Assembly (NCBI GenBank): GCA_045803545.1
Contig: JBJMOW010000001.1
Location: 32,001-96,000 of the forward strand
DNA from: Gemmatimonadaceae bacterium
Lineage (GTDB): Bacteria > Gemmatimonadota > Gemmatimonadetes > Gemmatimonadales > Gemmatimonadaceae
Length of the DNA stretch: 64,000 bases
Direction: 5' to 3'
Below the pieces are notes generated by a model. The model saw only the letters and a list, made by a program, of their open reading frames with translations, did no database searches and was not told the DNA's origin. Positions 61,418 to 64,000 of this stretch are shown in pieces (position 1 is the stretch's first letter; each line of letters starts with the position of its first letter). Both the position numbers and the translations under genes were made by a program.

Positions 61418-62171
61418 GTCTCGTTCCTCTGGTGATGTTCTTTCTCGTGCTGCCAGTCTTCGTGAGCGCGGTGATGATTTCACCCTCGCGCGCAGTTAGT
61501 GGCCGCGTCTTGCCGGATGGGAGCGATCCCAGCTTCACCGGCCCAAACCTCGTTCGCACCAGGCGCTCGACAGTGAGACCCAATGCCATGCACAGCCTTC
61601 TTACCTCCCGCTTTTTTCCCTCGGCGATCGTGAGCTCCAGCTCCCACAGCCCGCGGTCGATACGCCGCGCCACGACATCGCGAGGCATGACGAGACCATC
61701 TTCCAGCTCTACCCCTCTTGTTGCTTCTCGTGCCGCCGCACCCCCATCGCCACGGACCGTAGCTACATACGTTCGCTCGACTTCGCTGCTCGGGTGCGTC
61801 AATTTGTGCGCCGCGTCGCCGTCGGTTGTCAGCAAAAGGACACCTTCGGTCATGTAATCCAGGCGACCGACGTAAGTCAGACCCGGCGCATCTTCAACGA
61901 TGTCGAATACAGTGCGCCGCCCGCGTGGATCAGCCCGGGTTGTCATCACTCCCGTCGGCTTGTTCAGAACCAGCCAGGTTACACCAGTGGGTGCAGCAAC
62001 GAGTTTGCCGTCGACGGTGATACTGTCGGTCGCGGGATCGACGCTCTGGCCGGTGGAAGCTACTTCTCCGTTAATTCTTACCCTGCCCGCCGCGACCAGA
62101 TCTTCGGCGGCGCGACGCGAAGCCACACCCGCGCGCGCCAGTGCGCGCTGAATGCGCATTGATTCGGGCAT
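61389..62171 (-). CDS. rluB: rRNA pseudouridine synthase (RluB/RsuA family)
   Basis: S4 domain AGVASRR, VGRLD, EGKKREVRR; follows scpB. Confidence 0.88.
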   Translation of the reverse strand: MPESMRIQRALARAGVASRRAAEDLVAAGRVRINGEVASTGQSVDPATDSITVDGKLVAAPTGVTWLVLNKPTGVMTTRADPRGRRTVFDIVEDAPGLTYVGRLDYMTEGVLLLTTDGDAAHKLTHPSSEVERTYVATVRGDGGAAAREATRGVELEDGLVMPRDVVARRIDRGLWELELTIAEGKKREVRRLCMALGLTVERLVRTRFGPVKLGSLPSGKTRPLTAREGEIITALTKTGSTRKNITRGTRRERTNGYRG

Positions 62172-62776
62172 CAATCTGCCCGAGGGGGCGCCTCTCCGTT
62201 GTCGGTTGCAGCCGCAGCGGCGCCTGTAGGCGTCGCCTGGCGCGGTGCGCGCAGAGCGATCGCAAGTTCGTCGGCGCGGGGCAGCTCCTCGAGATGACGC
62301 AACGCGAATTGCTCGAGAAATGACGGTGTAGTTCCGTAAAGGAGCGGGCGCCCAAGTCCTTCGCCTCTGCCGACGATGTCGACCAGCCCGCGCTCGTTCA
62401 GCGATTTCAGGATCGCGCCTGCGCCAACGCCACGAATTTCCTCGATCTCCGCGCGGCCAATCGGCTGCCTGTATGCGATGATCGCCAAGGTTTCCAGTGC
62501 GGCAGCCGACAATCTTTGCGGCCGCGCGGCCAGCTGCGCGCGCTCGATTGCCTCAGTGTATTCAGGTCGCGTAAGGATCTGCCAGCCGCTCGCTACTTCG
62601 ACCAGCTCTACGCCATGACCGTCCGAGTCGTAGTGTGTGCGCAACTCGTCGAGCGCTTCGTCCAAGGTCGTTTCACTGTCATCGACGTGCGACGCCATCA
62701 ATCGCAATGAATCGACCGGAACTGGAATCGCGCTCGCGAAGAGCGCGGCCTCAAGCAGCTTCGCCAGCGGACTCAC
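62171..62776 (-). CDS. scpB: SMC-Scp complex subunit ScpB
   Basis: LEAALF, LSAAALETLAIIAYRQP, GRPLLYGTT..FL. Confidence 0.95.
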   Translation of the reverse strand: MSPLAKLLEAALFASAIPVPVDSLRLMASHVDDSETTLDEALDELRTHYDSDGHGVELVEVASGWQILTRPEYTEAIERAQLAARPQRLSAAALETLAIIAYRQPIGRAEIEEIRGVGAGAILKSLNERGLVDIVGRGEGLGRPLLYGTTPSFLEQFALRHLEELPRADELAIALRAPRQATPTGAAAAATDNGEAPPRAD

Positions 62777-63518
62777 GTCGGATCTCGAAGGCGGCAAATG
62801 CACGCGGTTGATTTAGTCGGAGCTCGCCGCGTTTGGCGAGCTCCAGTAACGCAAGAAGCAACGAGAGAATCTCCCAGGGCTCCGCTTTCTTTGGCACCAC
62901 GTCTTTCCACTGGGCGATCGCGCGAATCGTCATCAACGCACGCACAATGCCGATTGCTCCGTCGACATCGAGCGCGCGCGGCACGACGTCATGAACGTGC
63001 GGGCGCCGAGCAAGACGCAACACGCGATCGACTGCCGACAAGAGCTCGGGCAGCGAGATCTTGAGCGGCCCGGCTACGGGAATGGTCACGCTGCTTTGCA
63101 TATACGCCCTCGCGAATCGCGACCGCCGACCCTCGCTGCGCCGTTCCAGCACATCGACCACTTCGCGTACCTGCTGATACTCGAGGAGCCTGCGGACCAG
63201 CTCCGCGCGCGGGTCTTCCCACACATCTTCGCCTTCCCGACGCGGCAGCAGGGTTTGCGCTTTTATGCGCAGCAGCCGGGCAGCCATCTCCAGATAGTCG
63301 GCGGCTTCGTCCAGCTTGAGTGACGAGATGCGCGCCAGGAACTGCTCGGCAATGCGCGCGATCGGAATGTCGTAGATGTCGATCTGCTCATCCCGAATGA
63401 GCGTCAACAGCAAGTCGAGCGGCCCCGAATACTCGGCCAGCTCGACGACGAACACTTCGGATCCCGCCGCTTCGGTATGCGGCATCACAGAAGGGGGCAG
63501 CACCTCTACATCGTCCAT
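62751..63518 (-). CDS. scpA: Segregation/condensation protein ScpA
   Basis: GPLDLLL, IDIYDIPI, DPRAELVRRLLEY, LALLEL. Confidence 0.94.
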   Translation of the reverse strand: MDDVEVLPPSVMPHTEAAGSEVFVVELAEYSGPLDLLLTLIRDEQIDIYDIPIARIAEQFLARISSLKLDEAADYLEMAARLLRIKAQTLLPRREGEDVWEDPRAELVRRLLEYQQVREVVDVLERRSEGRRSRFARAYMQSSVTIPVAGPLKISLPELLSAVDRVLRLARRPHVHDVVPRALDVDGAIGIVRALMTIRAIAQWKDVVPKKAEPWEILSLLLALLELAKRGELRLNQPRAFAAFEIRRESAGEAA

Positions 63519-64000
63519 GGGCTTGGCAGGATATAGGGGAATACGGCGCGAGTCGCGAGCCTCGACAGCAGGAACACCGGCTTGAACCAGATATTTAAAA
63601 TCGGCGACCCGAAGCTTATCAGCAGGAAAAGTATCAGCAATCCCTGTGCGCCGAGTCGCTGATAATTGAGAGCCCAGGCAGGCGGGAGGATGTACTTGAA
63701 GACATGAGACCCGTCGAGCGGCGGAATCGGAATCAGGTTGAAGGCCGCCAGCGCGAGATTGATGAGAATTCCGTAAAGCAACATCGCCTGGAAAATTGCC
63801 GCTGTGTCACTGAGGACTGGCGCCGTGCGTCCAAGCAGTCCGACGACGATAATGAGTGGAACGCAGCAAATGGCGATGATGAAATTGGTGGTGACACCCG
63901 CAAGCGAGACGACGATGTCGCCGCGCTTGAAGTTGCGATAGTTGCGCGGCACTACGGGGACTGGCTTGGCGCCGCCGAAAGCGATTCCTGTTGTAAAGTA
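63506..64000 (-). CDS. Site-2 protease (M50) family, 5'-truncated at window edge
   Basis: Frame open to 64000: FGGAKPVP ... SLAG..N ... FNLIPIPPLDGSH. Confidence 0.9.
   Translation of the reverse strand, partial: YFTTGIAFGGAKPVPVVPRNYRNFKRGDIVVSLAGVTTNFIIAICCVPLIIVVGLLGRTAPVLSDTAAIFQAMLLYGILINLALAAFNLIPIPPLDGSHVFKYILPPAWALNYQRLGAQGLLILFLLISFGSPILNIWFKPVFLLSRLATRAVFPYILPSPWTM

Overview
GC-rich, densely packed bacterial chromosome segment, mostly minus-strand housekeeping operons. Gene content and protein style suggest Gemmatimonadota (inference, not verified). Order: type IV pilin with a sigma54-type promoter; tRNA-Pro; rdgB-rph-rfaE2-lptE-HEAT/cyclophilin; lpxH; murI; tRNA-Sec and a Sec-containing selD; ridA-tatD-secF-secD-ribF-truB-rbfA-infB-L7Ae-nusA-rimP; pgeF-murA; a DUF948/YtxH/Zn-phospholipase C trio; gatBAC-pcrA-histidine kinase-serS; a roadblock/response regulator/nucleotidyltransferase operon; a probable accessory block (VPS10/BNR protein, L,D-transpeptidase, DUF2911, hom-metX-metB); CIRCE-groESL; coaX-birA-uppP-bshA-miaA-mutL; a MoxR/VWA (Bat-like) cluster; rluB-scpB-scpA-site-2 protease. 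I saw no CRISPR array, transposase, integrase or prophage gene. Main signals the ORF track misses: UGA-to-Sec recoding in selD with a SECIS-like hairpin; a protein gene whose signal peptide seems to start inside tRNA-Sec; up to three genes (rbfA, the VPS10 gene, rfaE2) that appear to start at CTG; a SAM-II riboswitch followed by a terminator-like hairpin; a 163-bp nested inverted-repeat element; a 28-aa membrane microprotein; and a 94-nt secF/tatD overlap. All calls come from motif recognition by eye; no searches were run.
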